A stretch of 64,000 nucleotides of DNA from NCBI GenBank assembly GCA_040954595.2, contig CM082576.2, forward strand, positions 12,899,129 through 12,963,128, given 5' to 3'. The notes under the pieces were generated by a model. That model was not told the origin of the DNA and searched no databases. It was given only the letters and a program-made list of their open reading frames with translations. A program made the translations under genes and the position numbers. The stretch comes from Balanoglossus misakiensis. Its lineage: Eukaryota > Animalia > Hemichordata. Numbering within the stretch: position 1 is the first letter of the stretch; each line of letters begins with the position of its first letter. Below, one piece after another: positions 38,893 to 54,600 of the stretch.

Positions 38893-39120
38893 TATTTTGT
38901 ATACAGACGGACAAACAAACCTATTTTTTTATTATATCAATTAATAACAACAAACAACATACACACTACAAACGGCTAGGAAGAGCTCCCCCGGCCGTGC
39001 TGATACCACTTTCAATCAGTTCCCAATGAATGTCCCTGCTTTTCCCTCCTACTCAACCCCTCTCTCTAATAATGGAATGGCTGGAGAGCAAGGTAGCTGA
39101 CAGCCTCGTTTTGGATTTAC

Positions 39121-39623
39121 TATATATACACACAAAATCCCGTTGTCGCCCACAGCACTGCAGTTTGCACGTCGTCGATCAAGGTTTGTCGTTGACTGAC
39201 TGCCCTGCTTGCCTCAACGTGGAGGACACCTCTTGGATCTCACAGAAGGTGCGAGTGTAGTAAGCAAATCTCCATTGATCATCTCTGTAGGGAGAATTTT
39301 AACAGGCGATCGCATGATCAAATGCATGCAGTGTTCGAAGTTCAAGCCCAGGCGCTGGCTCAGGGCGTCGTCCATGATGATCAGTACATGCCCTGCGCGT
39401 TGGCGATGTTTACTGAAACCACAGTCCCTCAAGCATGCCACGCCCACGTATGCTTGTAAAGTTAACGATTGTATTTTACGCTCATATTTGATCCCGCACC
39501 TAGAAACTGTAGGGTCTACGTCCTGCATATTACGCTTTGATCGTGAATTCTCCCCTTATCTCACGCACATATTGCATTTTCCCCATACAGGAGCAGTAAG
39601 AGAGTAAACCCAAGTCTGGAAAA
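39121..39623 (+). promoter_or_regulatory. Putative calpain TATA promoter and non-coding first exon/5' UTR intron
   Basis: TATATATA at 39121. Candidate donor AAG|GTGCGA at 39248/9. Strong acceptor TTTTCCCCATACAG ending at 39590, 33 nt before the ATG. CpG-rich. Confidence 0.4.
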
Positions 39624-42600
39624 ATGGCTCCAAAACGGGGACAGTATTACAGCAACCAAAACTATGAGGATATAAAAAGAAAATGTTTGGCAAGGAATGA
39701 ACTTTGGGAAGACCCCGATTTCCCCGCAGTTGACTCTTCACTGTTCTATAGCAGAACCCCACCAAAGAGGTTTGAATGGAAAAGACCTGGGGTGAGTAAA
39801 CTAATTACTATTTTATGCTGGACCCTTCTCGGCTTCTATAATGAAGTTGATCTTTATACACAATACATGTTGTTTTCATGAATATCTGCCTGTGTGTTAC
39901 ATTTGCATGCTCAAGCCACTTTCGTTCTACCTCTGAGGTAGCATGATGATGTGATTGGCTATCTCACATTTCTCGGTAGGCAGCCAATCACAGCACAGCT
40001 ATACTTTACAGCGGACAGCTGAGGTAGAACAATATGGATAATACTTTCAAGACTTCCCTATTTTCTAAGTCATAGAAGCAGTCCGCATGTAACGATTAAA
40101 CTCAAGCGACTGAGCTGAAACACCCTACTAGATTCTCGACTGCAGTTACTGTAGCAGCTTGTGGAAGTTGTGGTTCCTTGTTCCAGAAAGCAACCACGAT
40201 ACAAATTCTTTGTAGTGTAGATGTGAATGATAAATGTTTAATATATTGTTTTTTTCTGATAATTATAGACAGAAAAGCTTTCAAACCTCAAAATTGATGA
40301 AAATGTTAAGAATGGATAGAAACAGATATTTTCATGATGTTCTTGTCACAGGCAATAACATCTCACTTTGTAACATTAAGTATTATAGTATGACTTTAAC
40401 AGGTGCACACAATGTTCTCAGCTCCCTAAAATAATCGTTAGAGGTCAACTAATAACTTTTAAGAGTCGGGAAAGATGTGAAACATATATGCCTGTGTTGT
40501 GGCCTCACACATGCTGAAGGTCAAAAATTATTGCTATGCAGAAAACATTCAAATCCGGGAAAGGGGTGAATGCAGAATTTGCTGAAAACATTGGGATGCA
40601 GTTCAGTACCATATATTCTCAGGAGCATTGTTAACACGTACACTATGCATTTTAATAAATCATTTTTTTTTTGGTTTGAACCTTGCCTTTTGTCTGAACC
40701 TCAATACTTAGGCTAAGTCCCATCAAGAATGTGTGAAGATAATAAAAAATCCCTTGTAAGGATTGTTGGTATTTAGGTCAGACTGTGCAAGAGATATTGT
40801 CATGTGCAGGGTATGACATTCAAGCTTCAAAGGGGGGGGTGGGGTGGGGGTGGGGTTGTCAACATTTATAGATGTGTGCCATGCTAAACTTAGATGTGTA
40901 CTTGAAATCCATCTGCTTGTACATGATCTGTTGGGTTTGTTTTATATCAAAACCACATTCCTGGAATGCCAAAATATCAAGTACTTTTATGGGAATCTCT
41001 TGTCAAATGTGTTTGGTTTCATGTCACACGGCCATTTATGTTCAAGTTGTCATGAGGCTTATCTTTACTTAATAATCAATTGTGATTCATAACAGAAGAA
41101 TGATGTGTGAGAGGTTATGGAAGTTTTCGTTAAGGGTTGTTGTAGACGATCTGTAGCTGATGTATGATCCTGTCTGTCCACTGATCATATTAAAAAAAAA
41201 TATCTATACTCTGCAAGGCTAGAAAGGACAGTTGCAGTATATTCTGTGTATGCAAGTGGGTGCAGTTATGGGTGCGTTTATTGAACGACATATGCTTTAT
41301 AGCACACGGGTCTTTGTTGTTCATGTTATTTACTGTCCTTCAGTTTGCCTATAGTGTGGTGCCACTTGAAAGTCCATGGTGGTGCAGAGAGTTGTTTTTC
41401 ATATCTACGGGAAAAGTGAGGATGGGTGTTGTCACAATAACTTACATGTAAAGAAATGAAACCAATTCAGCAGAGAATTGATACGTGGAATTACATTGTC
41501 GTGGAAAAGAGGATAGTGGCGGGGAATGTGCATTGCCAAAAATACTGATCTACATTGTACAAGACGTATACTGACTGTATAAAAAGATAAAGTACGGTCT
41601 GTTAACGGCACTTATAAATAAAATTGCCCAGCTATTTGAAATACCCTTTGTTGTCCAGATCAGTGTGGATAATTATTGCACTCATTCATGACACGGAACA
41701 ACAAATTTCTCTGGCTAGTTTCTGTGTGAAACTTACAAGAGTCACATGTGGAAATACTGTGTGTTTGTTAAGGGGCAAGGGTGCAGTTAGCTATATACTT
41801 TCTAAATCATGTCACCGTGTGTGGCTCATTCTATTGTTATTTAAAAACAACATTAGGCATAATAGAGTAATGTTAGAGTCAATAAAGTTTGCTTTATTTC
41901 AGTACAAGACCGTACCCATGTTCTTTCAACCTTGCACTTATTCTTTTCAGCGGCTGTGACCCATGACTTTACCGCTTGCAATGTGGCTAAAAGGCAGTCA
42001 CTTATATTCGACTTGTCTGATCCAACTTCCAAGGCCTTCATTCATGTTCATCCATCACCTGCCTCATGTACTTCACAGCTGCTGTGACCCATATCAATAC
42101 ACTTGTTGTACCAGTGTGTATTTAATGTGATTATCATAGGTTGTAACAGGTGATATTGTCTCAAAGAAGTCTTGCCTTAGAGTTTTTAATACACAAGTTC
42201 CTTTTTTCCTCAATTTGATGCACGTGTGTGTTATGTATTAATTTACCTTTTCCACAGTGTGTCTACTAGCTGGGATCATGCAGGCAAATTGTAACACTCT
42301 AGCGTATGCATAGTATAATCAGTAATGTTTTAACTCACAAGTACCATCCATTGATAGATACTAAGATAAGAACAAACCACATATTTCTGTAGTATACCCA
42401 TTTTGCTGCAACTCAATAGGTTTGACAGAATGGACAGATGTACTTTGAAAAGAATCTTTTTATTTCACCATGGGCAAACACAGTTTTTGAGACTGAATAT
42501 TCACCTTGTACATGTATGCCTTAATTTTTTTCAGCTTTGTTTTACGAGAGGAATTTAATATCATACTAGTTAATGATGTTAATAATTAGCGCCTTGTAAT

Positions 42601-45600
42601 CAGTGTTGAGTCACAAAAGTGCCGTTTTCAGATTGGAGATACAGGAACTGTTGTTTCTAGATGTATAGATAGGGATTGGCCATGCCAGGAGATTCACACA
42701 TATGTAAAGGTGCCATGTACATGCAAATATTCTCAGCTATATTTCAAAATGCGTTTATTTCTTTAAAAATGCAACCCAGACAATTACTTGTTTGGAGCAT
42801 TGCCAGAGACAGTCACCTACCGTATGCAGACATTAAATCCTTCTGTATCACCTTAAAACATCATTTCAGTATGATTAATTTGAAAGAGAGCTGAAAGACT
42901 TTCGATGTTGAGAGGTAATTGTAAGCTCACTTCTTAAATTACATTGGTCTCCTCCTTCCCATAATAATTTCCACAAATTAATTTTAAAAATGGAGTAAAA
43001 GAACACCCAATTCAATTCAGAGCTGTTAGAACAATTTATCCCGTTAGGCTGAAATGGAGCACACGCACTTCAAGTAACAGATCCTCCAGTCTATTAAACC
43101 TACATCAAGATTGTCATCAAGTTTTTACAGTCGGTTTCAAATTGGCTATAATCACAGACAGATTCAAGTGACAGAAAGATTTACACTGCCCATAAGCGTG
43201 AGAGATATCAGTAATTTAATTGTTTCTCTGCATGTCCTGTCAGTATTTAATTTTTATGTTGAAACATAATCTCCATGAATCATTCCGTCAGCTGTTTGAA
43301 GTCAGTGCACAGGCATGACGTCATATACCCAAAGAAAGAAAAGTAGGTGAACGTAAGTTTAAACCCTTTCACCACCATGGGTTAGTCCGAATCCATTGTT
43401 TTCTATGGTAAGTTTGGACATAACAGAGGAAATGGGGGTGAAAGGGTAAATGTAAGTTTTGTGTGCGAACACTCGGGACATAATCTCACGCTCTTGTTTT
43501 GTCCAAGTTGACTAAAACGCCGAAGTGTTCTCCACTCGCCGTCCATTCTACTTTGTGCACTACGCCACACCCATTTACTGAACACCAAAACTTGGAAGAC
43601 GATAGCGGCTAAAATCCAATCTGCTTTAAGTGCTGCTGCATACATTGCAACATGAATGAATTGTGCGTTTTGATGGGTGTGGGGTCAAAGGGTGACACCA
43701 TGATTCAGTGTGCTTGTAGTAAAAAAAATTTGCTTCACTGACAACGAGGTCTTATTCTCCCCCATGAAAAACGACCACTGACAGCCGCCCACATTGCTGC
43801 AACAGTACGTGGGTGTCTGTCACTGAAGACAGTGGAACTGAATTGCACGGGATAACGGGTCTTGAAATGAACTTTTGGGGAAAGTCAGTGTTACTTTTTT
43901 CATTTTCTGAATGGGTATACTCTACGGACAGAACTTGTAGTCAGGAAATTTTCCTAAATAAAAATTTTCCCCCTGAAAATTCAAGAAATACTTTCTGCAA
44001 AGTGGATCAACACACAGGCCTGTGTATTGAAGTTCAGTGTTCAAAACAGGCTGAAGTTATTTGTGATTATGAAATTAGTAATTTTGTAAAACATACAAAT
44101 CACACACCAGGGTGTGCCGTACATGCTTACCCCATTCTCTGTATGTCTCATATCTTTGCATCTTTATCATCTTGTTTTATTTACATTACATGTTATATTT
44201 TTCAAAACCCAGGGATGCATGTTATTTATTTAAATTACTACAGAACAGTGAAACCAGGTGTCATTTGACACCAACCCATGCGGTGGGTGCTGGTAACGAA
44301 ACTCTGGGTGTTGTCAGAATCAACTGAGAAACTGTATAAACATGGATCCAATATTACTACAAACAATTTTCACCAAGCCACATGAATATCAGAGCTTCTT
44401 AGTGGGAAATTTTCACAAATATTTTGTGACATATCCATCTGAATATTACAGGCTGACTGTGAGTCTTGATCACAATAAATCATGTGTATATTGCAAGGCA
44501 CTAAATACATTTTAGCCTATACATCCAGTATGGATGCCTGGGCTATGCAAATCAATATATTACTGTACTAAAATAATAAGTCACCCTGATTAACCATTAA
44601 TAAAATCACTGGGGTGGAACTTTAATTAGTATGGGAGCTGTAGTATGGTGAAGCCTCTTTGTTACTTTGTATGCATAAACAAATATAAAATACTGTCATT
44701 TTGTCGGCAGAAATTATTGCAGCTTATTTAGTTTCACTTTCCAGCTGTCATGGTTTGCTGTTTGACATATCGCCATATTTCTGGCGAGTGAGCAAAATAA
44801 TTGCTGATATTTGGATAATAATAATAAGGTAGTAGAGGTGTGCCAGTTGCTGAGCAGGGAATGCATTTAATAGCCCCATGGGGAAGGTAATTAGTTACTC
44901 TCTGCAAATTGATGTTTGACATTTAGTCAGGACTTCAGTCTTATCAGTTAAGGTGTGGCCCCTTGTGTGATGCTTCTAGACCACAGGTCATATTTCCAAT
45001 TCAGTATCGGCCATCTTGAAATTTTACTCCCAACCTGATAGGCAGATACAGCTTGTCCGCAATGGTTACTTCGTTCATGTACCTGTTGCACACCATTTGA
45101 AGAGAGAGTTGCAAGAGCAAGGAAGTGACAGCAAAAACAAAAACAACCTTTCAAGACTGCTGCAGACTGCCCACAACCTGGCCAATACTTTAATGCTGTT
45201 GGAAAATGGCATTAATTTTATGACACTGTAGGGCTTGCATTTTGACATGTTTTTTTTCATGGCACGAGGTGTGCTGTTCATATCATCAGTTTTTGTGGTA
45301 AAAATGTTTCGTGGCACAAATGGGACTTGGTCAGCAGAACTTGAATTGATTGTGTCATATTACTTTGCACTGGATTACCTTACTTGGCAATCTGAAAGTA
45401 ATTTGCAATAAATTTCCCAGATGTGGAAAAACCTTGATCCACTCCTCATCTGAATACTGTATGTTTCAGTCAACACAGATAAAAATGAAACATTTATCAA
45501 CATTCCTCTCTTGCTTTTTAATATCATACCGTTGAGACAACAAGAACTGTCAGCTAGGTAAAATTGCCAATTAATTTTGGAATTTTAGCTTTAGATGGAA

Positions 45601-48600
45601 TGTTGCTGATGTTTAAATCCACGTGATAGATAATATCTAATGCAGAAATTATGTCTCAGATTCAACCGTCACATTCAGTACAGTTTTTGAGCATTTTCAG
45701 GGATAATGTAACATGGATTTCATTTCTGAAGAATTTATTTAAAGAAAAAATAAATTTTGATGAGACGTCTTCACCAAAGTCTGCACAGTTGTCAGGTACA
45801 TGTACTAGCTTTGTTTGGGTTTACATCAGACAATTCATATCAGCCAATTATAGTTGGGTTTACATTAGATCAGACAATTCATATCAGCCAATCATAGTTA
45901 GGTTTACATCAGATCAGACAATTCATATCAGCCAATCATAGTTAGGTTTACATCAGATCAGACAATTCATATCAGCCAATCCTAGATGTAGTATCATAGT
46001 AGCTCATGGCTCAAAATAAACAATGTGGACATGTTACACATGTATGTTAGATTAATTAGACGGTCATATTATATTTGATTGAATTTAATTGAGTATTTGT
46101 AACTGTCTTACGGATGCATTTCTAAAAGTACATGAATCTCCATTGTATGGGTCTCACTGAGGTACAACGTACAATGTATGTGTACAAGCTTTTATAAGTG
46201 AAGTACAATTTTATGTTAAAAGCAATAACTTGATTGATCAAAAGTTCGGACTTTGTTCAATATTAGTAATTATGCAACAACTTGTAAAGAGGTTTTGGAT
46301 TACCATGTAGGCAACATTCCAGTGGGGTTGAAAATGCAGGTCATCCCAGGACATGACCAGTTGACCATCTGCTCTTGGTTGCTGTTAGCCTGATTGATAC
46401 TATTCCTTATGTCTGACTATTTCTAGCATCTCCAGTATGTTGCATAATTACCAATGAGGTTCCGAGCCTGTCCCAATCCTTCTGACTCTTTTCGTGCAGT
46501 AATAGCATAATTGGGGAGCTGATCTTTGCCCTTTAAAGTGAAAATCAGTCATTGTACAAGTGGACCGTTTTTTAAGGAATTGTGAGATTTTTTTCATTCT
46601 AAGACGGGAGCACTGCATGAAGTTTAAACTGCTATTTTTTGTTCTGTGTATCAATTACTATGGTTCACTGTAACCTACTTCTTTTGTTTTAAGCTAAAAT
46701 GCCGAGCATTCTGCTTTTCAAGATAACCTGTGTGTATAAATAGTTAATGACCAATATATTTTTGACGACTGAATTGAATTTCAATTCAATTTTCAATATT
46801 AATTAACAAAACGGTGACTACATGCATGTTAAATGCATCCCGTTAATAATCACACTACTTATGATTTTATGTGTTAGGGAGCTCAACAAGAAAATACCAA
46901 TGATGCAATGAATAATTAAATCAATTATATTGAAAAATAGCTACTGGAGTTTTAATACATATTTTCATTTGCCATGCTCTGAGAACAGGATAATCATAAT
47001 GTGTGGTGGTTGTGGAATAGCGTTTACTGGTATAGACCACAGCCTATATGGACATTGCTCTGTATAATGACATAAGACTTTCTTGATTTATGTACATGTA
47101 TGTAACTGACACTCTAGTCTACTTCAGATGTGAACAGGCAATATTGCAACTCAAACAGCCTGACCTGCAAACATGTTAACATCCAGTAGCAAACCTCTTG
47201 TCTTACATGTACTTATGATTAAGACTGACAGGAAAAGATATGGACAATGTATAGAATGCAGTGTGCATGCAATACTGCATGGAAACTTATCTGGTGTAGA
47301 TAATTAATGCCTCGCTTCTAATGCATGCATGACATAGTATTAGCTAAGCCCCATTCACTTGCCATTTATGGTGATGGTCATGCTGTTTTTTTAAAGCAGA
47401 TTGCTTACCATGATTTGCCAACAGTGCAATTTGATTATGCATGTTAGGCTGTTTCTAATAATTTATAAGGTCGATTGGAAGGTAACTGTCTTAGACGACT
47501 CCAGGGGTTGCAAATGAAATACATATGCTGCACACACTGTGTGAATGCCAGGATGTATTGTAAATTGTTCCCACTAAAGTTTGAGAGAGTGTAATTTTGG
47601 GTTTTAGTGTCCGGAGACGGAAGACTTACAATTGACCACATGTGAAACCATTGATTTCATTCCATGTTCTGGGATGAAAGTTGTACATTGGTCGAACATT
47701 GATTTGCTGTCTTTCCACGTGTCATAAAACATAAAAAGTGTCTTGTATCAAACATAATTAATGCCAAAAGGGGCAGTAAAGAGAGCGACTTTGTCCCTTT
47801 AAGCTCTGTTTGACTGAATGTGCGTGCGTGGAGTGGCAATGTTTGTTGATAAAGCAAGCATTCTTTGAGGATAATTTTCAAATTCAACACCGAGTGACCT
47901 GTGCGACTGTGGAGCCCATTGTCGGGAAGCCCCAATAAAACATCCTGAAAGTTGAATTGAGGACAGAAACCTGGGCGGGCCATCCTGTGTTTTGTTTTCA
48001 CATCCTGGATTGTTGCATCAGGTAATCAGTGCATGTCAAAGTGGACCGAATCTGTTTTGCACTAGGCACTCCCTGGAAGAGTTTTTGTGTTACAGTATTG
48101 GGTTGTGCACATGAGATCTTCAACAAGCATGCTTTTGGCGTGTGAAGCAACAGTAAGCAATGTTTATCAGTCCGTGAAACTGCAGTGTGCATTTAAGTTA
48201 AAAGTTTGTTTTGGATGACTCACTGAAGAAACATCCACCAGATTAATAAATTCACTCAAAGTATACCGCCTGTGTAGTCTATAACATGGCTCAGTAGAGA
48301 CAAGACTTAAAGGGGAAATCCGTCGTAGCTGATTTCTACATAATTTGGTAGCTTTGATGTCACTCTTTCAGAAAAAAACATATTCGCCATGTATAGGTCA
48401 CGCGATTTTTTACAAAATCTAGAGAAAGTTCCAATATGGCGTTTACTGTAATTTGAATCATGGGAAAAAAAGCGCCAGGACCAACTTCCGCCCACCTTAG
48501 TGTGGGTGATACCATTTTCCGATTGGTGTCACTGCGTCACAAGCTAAGCGTATTTGCATATTTTCGATGGGTTATAGCTCATGAAAACTGTCAATAGATG

Positions 48601-51600
48601 ACAAATTTTCGACTTTGCTGATGATTGTTTATCAACTGATGCAAAGAACAAACAATAGCTATGAAAATACGCCTAGTCTGTCGCCCAGTGACACCTATCG
48701 GAGAATGGTATCACCCACACCATGGTGGGCGGAAGTTGGTCCTGGCGCTTTTTTTCCCATGATTCAAATTACAGTAAACGCCATATTGGAAATTCTGCCA
48801 ACTTTCCCTAGATTTTGTAAAAAATCGCGCGACCTATACATGGCGAATATGTTTTTTTCTGAAAGAGTGACATCAAAGCTACCAAATTATGTAGAAATCA
48901 GCTACAACGGATTTCCCCTTTAAGGTCACTATGGCACTGTTGGGGTTGAAGAGGCCACAAAATGCAAGAAGTTATGAACAACCCTGGTAATGCTGGTTTG
49001 TGCTTGTTGGTGACAAGAATCTCAGCACCACTGTGCCCTCTAAGCCCATATGAAGTGCCACTGACTCAAGAAACTCACTGGTGACTAAAAAAACTATCCA
49101 CAGTTATTTTTAAATGTAGTTACCACTCCCAAGTCAGAGCCTGTAAAAAGGGTAAATGGTTCAAATGTTCTTCAAGGTCTGGAAGACCAGGGTTCATGAA
49201 ATCCGATTCCACTAATAGCTCATGGGTTGATAGGTTCAAACGGAAGGCACTACCAAGAAGTCACCTCACAGGCCATGCTTAATGGGTGATGTCATGGAAT
49301 CTATGCAAAATTGAGGGGCTGCTCCAATAATAAGAACATGTTTTTTATTAATGACATGATTATATCTTGCTGAAACAGTGAAACTTCAATGGAAGATAGA
49401 TGCTCTCATCATTCTACTGGTGTCTCACTGCAGACTTCTTTTTTTGACATAGAATGATGAATGAGTGGGTACAGAATGCCATGTCTGGGGGATTTAGCAT
49501 TCATCAAATTGCCTGATTATGTCACAGAATTGTCTAGTATCTACCCGGGCTTTGTCCACTGTGCTCCTTGGAACAAATCAGACAAAACCTGCCTATATAC
49601 TAGACTAGTCACAGAACAAATATCAGCCAAACTCAGACTTCAAGTAGCAGTCAATTGAGTCAAAGAGTCAATTTCCAAATAGTGAGGAAAAAAGCAAAGA
49701 AATTACAATGAATTTGATACATATTTCCGTTCAGTTAGTTTGTTGCTGACGTTTGCAGATGTTTCGTAAATCTAAAGCTGTTGTTAGGAGGGAAAAGAGG
49801 TGTGTCAGTTTGTGATTTATCAACTTCGGAGGTGAGAGGTAGGCTAAGAGTGTGCATTCATTCATTCATTCATTCACTTATTCATTCATTCATTCAAATA
49901 CGTTCACTCATTTATTTGTCTGTTCATTCATTCACTTCATCCAGTCGCTCGCTTACTCGCTCACTAACTCATTCATTCATTCATTCATTCATTCATTCAT
50001 TCATTTTATTCATTTGATCATTCATTGATTGGTTCATTCACTTTCTCCATTTTCTCCATTTTTTTCATTTGGTCATTTATTCATTCTTACACTCAAGTAT
50101 TCACTCACTCACTTTTCACTGTCTTGCTCTGAAATTGTGACCTGACCTCTGGTGACTGAGAATATGGGAATACTCAATCGTCAAACATTGCTGTGGTCAA
50201 AACCGTTTTTTCAGCCAGGATAATACAAATGCTTGTTTACCCAGAAACAAGCCAACATGACCTCCATTTAGCCTGAGTATGCACTAGTCTATGTCCAGGA
50301 GCGATGTGTAACGTGAGAACCTTTTATAAGATGAGCACAAATATTACCGTTTGACCTCAAGAGGAATTTTCCAAGTCTGAGTCTGGCTATTTCAGTGTAG
50401 TGGCCACTGAATTGTGGTGGAGAATGTGAAAAGTGGCGCCAGGCATGCAAGTAGATGTGTTGAGATATGAAGAAAAAAAACAGTGTCATTTTTCAACTCT
50501 GAACCATTTATGAAATGCTTTCAGGCAGTCTTTAATATTAAAACGGGGACAGTTGATACTTTCCTGACCAAGGCACCACTGTGGAGCCTGTTGAGAGAAG
50601 GTCGCAGAGGTTCTTGTTCTGTCAAGTAACCCCTGCTAGGCGTCTTGAAGGTCAGATCATCACGCCATCCTCTGCCATCAGAAACAGCTTGGATCAAATT
50701 TCAAAAAAAGGTCTTCAAGGCAAAAAAGGCCCTCAACCTGGGAAGGTCGTCTTAATTTAATACATGTACGATACTATGGCATTGTTTTGCAAGAAACTTG
50801 TGTGAATTGTACACACTGATTTGAACACACCAAATATTTCACAGTGAAGTTTTGAAAAGTAAAACCTGTCTAAACCAGACACCAAAAAGGGACTGGGGAA
50901 ATTGTTCAATTTTCAGAGGTGTCCAGTTTTATAGAGGTTCTTTTAACAAGTGGTTCTCTGCAAAAGGGACTAAAAAATGTGTTCAGTATAGACAGAATTC
51001 CAGATTAGGCAGGGTTCAGATAAGACAAGTTTTACTGTAATTTTTTTTATTATAATACAATTTTTATGAAAAACCTAATGTGTATAAAAGTTATTGTAAC
51101 ATTTGTATTATTTGAGTTGCATTTCAAAAATACAATAATGAAAGCATCTGACGGAAGAGAGATTAACACATTTTATTGGAGTGCCTCAACAAGTGTTTAT
51201 CATGATTTTATGATGGACATTACTGTGTAAAATCCAGGCAATCCATCATACATGAGTTTGCATTTGAGGACAATGTTGATGCAGATGGCTTCATGACCTC
51301 TGACCCTTATCTTCAGTGGGGTCCAAGGATACAAGGTACATTTAGAATTCCTGTTAGGCAAATTGTAATTAATGAGTTTTAATTATTGCACAATTAAAAA
51401 TGGAAAATTCATCATCAGAGGGGTAAATATTCATGTACCTCAGATTGTGCACATTTACATTACAACATGAGTTAAAATATTCAGGGATTAATGTTTTCTG
51501 GAGCTTACTGATGGGCTGTCCCATTCGGAGAACCAATTTAACACTTTTAAGCATCTTGTGAGGATTGTAGATGCAGTGCTATGCAAAACTCATTTAAAAA

Positions 51601-54600
51601 TTATACAGTCAGTGTGGACAATCCGTGTATATGTTTCCTGTAATGATTGACAGACAGATACATTCCAAGGATAGTGTCATACCCATATGTGGCCTCTATT
51701 GCTCTGACCAATAGTTAGTTACATGTAGGTGGCAAATGTGCGCTATTAAACCTGTCCATGCTGGCCTTGTATAAACTGGTGCCAGTTAATTAACACCAAA
51801 TTTCATAACGAATTCAAGAAATAAAGACCCTGACAGAACTGATACTGTGGCAAAGATTAATTTGTGTGGGATAATGGTATCAATTAGTAAACATTATAAT
51901 TTCCTCAGGTGCTCCCCCTCCTGGGAATTTACATATACTGTGATTGATGGCATGTGATGCTGTGTCTGTATTTTATGATTGATAATTTATAATACAGAAT
52001 ATTTTACCTCATCAGAACAAGTAGTGATGTAGATATGTTTTGCGGAAGGCAAGAAAATAGCGAGACATAGCAAATAGCATTTACATTTAATAATAATAAG
52101 AATGTGTTTTAAAAATTATAGCCTGTCAAGTCACATGCTGAATTTAGAAGGTCATGACTGTAATTTGAATGGTCAATGACCGTTATCTACATCACCGGGG
52201 AATAAAAGTTATCACGTGGGCAAATTTACAACTTCAATGTCATGAATTATTGATCATTCGTTCCCGTTGCAGATGTGGAGAAATTTTATGTGCATAAATT
52301 CAGTACATCTACTATCACTTCTTAAAATTCTATAATTTGAAATTTATAACGTGGAATCCCAGTATAAAGTATACTCAAACTCAAATGGATGGTCACGAGA
52401 TGGTTCTTTTTGTTAGCTTTCTGTAAACCTTCGTGATATGTTCCCTATCCTCATGAGAAATGTTAGTAATGTGATATCCTTGGAGGACAAATTCCAACAG
52501 TCTTGTCCATGCTGTTTGTTGTTGCTCAGTCTGCCCCGGAGGTCATTCCAACTCCAAGTCTGTCTTGGGGGAATATGCAACCTATTTCTCAAGGTCATCA
52601 TCAAAGGGCGCCGTGACTTATATATCCAGTCGCTTTGACGATGACCCCACCCAGATTTAGCTGCACTGAGGTGAATGAAGCATAGTTCATCATTGCAGCC
52701 TCTACATGTACATAACCAATGCTCTTTTCGAAAGCATAGTTTGAAACTTGCCAAGGATTTCATCTGCTATATATACTGTTCAACATCTGGGCATTATAGA
52801 CTGAAAGTACAGGTGCCCAGTGTAGTCTACACAAAAATTATGTAACACCTTGTACCATTCACAATGCAAAGACCCAGAAATGCCATCTGTTGATGCAGCA
52901 AGAACACACGAAATTAACAGTATTGCAGTGTTTTGACTAAAAAGGATCCAGTTGTAAATTTTTCTTATTACTGTCTAATAAGAGTGGAAATGACCTGTTT
53001 AATAACCATTTAACCACCATGGTTTGGACCAAACCCATTGTTTTCTATGGTGCAGTTGGAACTGCAAAGAGGGAAATGGGGGTGGAAAGGGTCATTCCGT
53101 TCTGATGGAGGACACCGTATACAAAGAGACCTATTAATCCTGCATGCTGTGTTGATAGAGAAATGGGATCTTTGACCACATTTTTTTCCTAGCAACATGC
53201 AACAGTCCACTTCAACTTCAGTTTTCTTAATATCCTGTCTGTATCAAAATATGATGATTTAATATTGCATGATCATCTGTAATGCGGCAATTTTCTAGAT
53301 ATTTGTGTATATTTTCAAACTTTGCTTGTGGGCGAAACCCTTAAAATACTCTTGCCAGTCTTGGTCAAAGGAGCCTTTTTATAGCATACTGCAAACTCTG
53401 TTATCATGTTCTTGATGGGTTCCAGATTTTGCTCCTCAGACTGGATGTTGGTCTCAAAGGGGAGGGGAATTCCCAGGCTGTACAATTCTGCGAAGGTCAT
53501 TTTCCTTAAATATCAAATAATTTGCGCTGTCACAAACTAGTTGGCTAAATTTCACAGTGGAGGCATATATGCGTGCGTGGCTCTGATATTTTTGAGAAAT
53601 TATACCTGTCAACAGGTTGAGAGGACTGATAATTTATGTGAAAAAAATGGATGTATCTATGAACTTTCAAATGTTTCTGCTGTAGTTTATACTAGTAATT
53701 CATCTCCCACAGTTGTCACACTCGTTAAAATATTCAGCATCAGAATAAAACTACTGCAGCCACCATATGAGATACCCACCTCGTAAACTGGCCTGAAACT
53801 AATTGATTCTTCATGTGTCAGCAGAATTTTTTTTAAAGAGAGACATAAAATGGTTATGCTGGCATAATCAAATACACATCTAGGGTTCACTAGTCTAGTA
53901 AGTGTACAAATGTATGTAGAGCTTTGCTTTGTTTGTAGGATGTTTACTCATTATAACAAGACAATTTACAGTTGGAATGACATTAACAAGTTACATGTAC
54001 ATGTATGATTGTTCCGTTATGACCCTTTAAAGTGAACCGACACCTTCCTTGTAGAGAGATTCTAATAAAATCTTTGTGAAAAACATGAGTGATTTGCGTC
54101 GTTTTTATTCACTTTCACTTATCGCGCAGCAGCGTAGCGTCGATCTCGATATGCAGTGTGACGTCACCAACTACGCACCAGTAGCAGACGCCACCGTGCG
54201 CACGCTAACGTACACAGACAGTTGACATGGCTGGCTCCCTCGCAAGTGGGAGCAAAAACAGAGTTGGCAAAAACACGGTGAAAGGTTTTATAAGAGTTCC
54301 CGACCCTTCGGTGGACAGTCAAAATGCAAATCGACCTGAAAAATGGGTGTCAAACATTGGCATATTATTTCGGTGCTTATTGCTGAGACAGATGATACTT
54401 TTGCTTCGGAAATGTTCGTGTTCAACTAGGCCCTATATCGTGAAGCATATTGCAAAAAAAAAAAAAAAATACACAGCAAAAATTGTCGAAACAGCCGGGG
54501 CTCCTGATTTCCTTTGATCACCATATGACGAAACCGAATTTTTGGCACTGTAAATCAAAACTCTGATCGGAAGAAAGTAGTGTGGCGGAAATAGGCCTAC

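Noticed and set aside
45813-45985. CRISPR-like array
   Set aside because: The repeats are contiguous with no unique spacers, lie in a eukaryotic intron, and there are no cas genes.
52413-53500. Minus-strand ORFs in calpain intron 1 (116 aa and 61 aa) as a nested gene
   Set aside because: No recognisable domain and no consistent exon chain.
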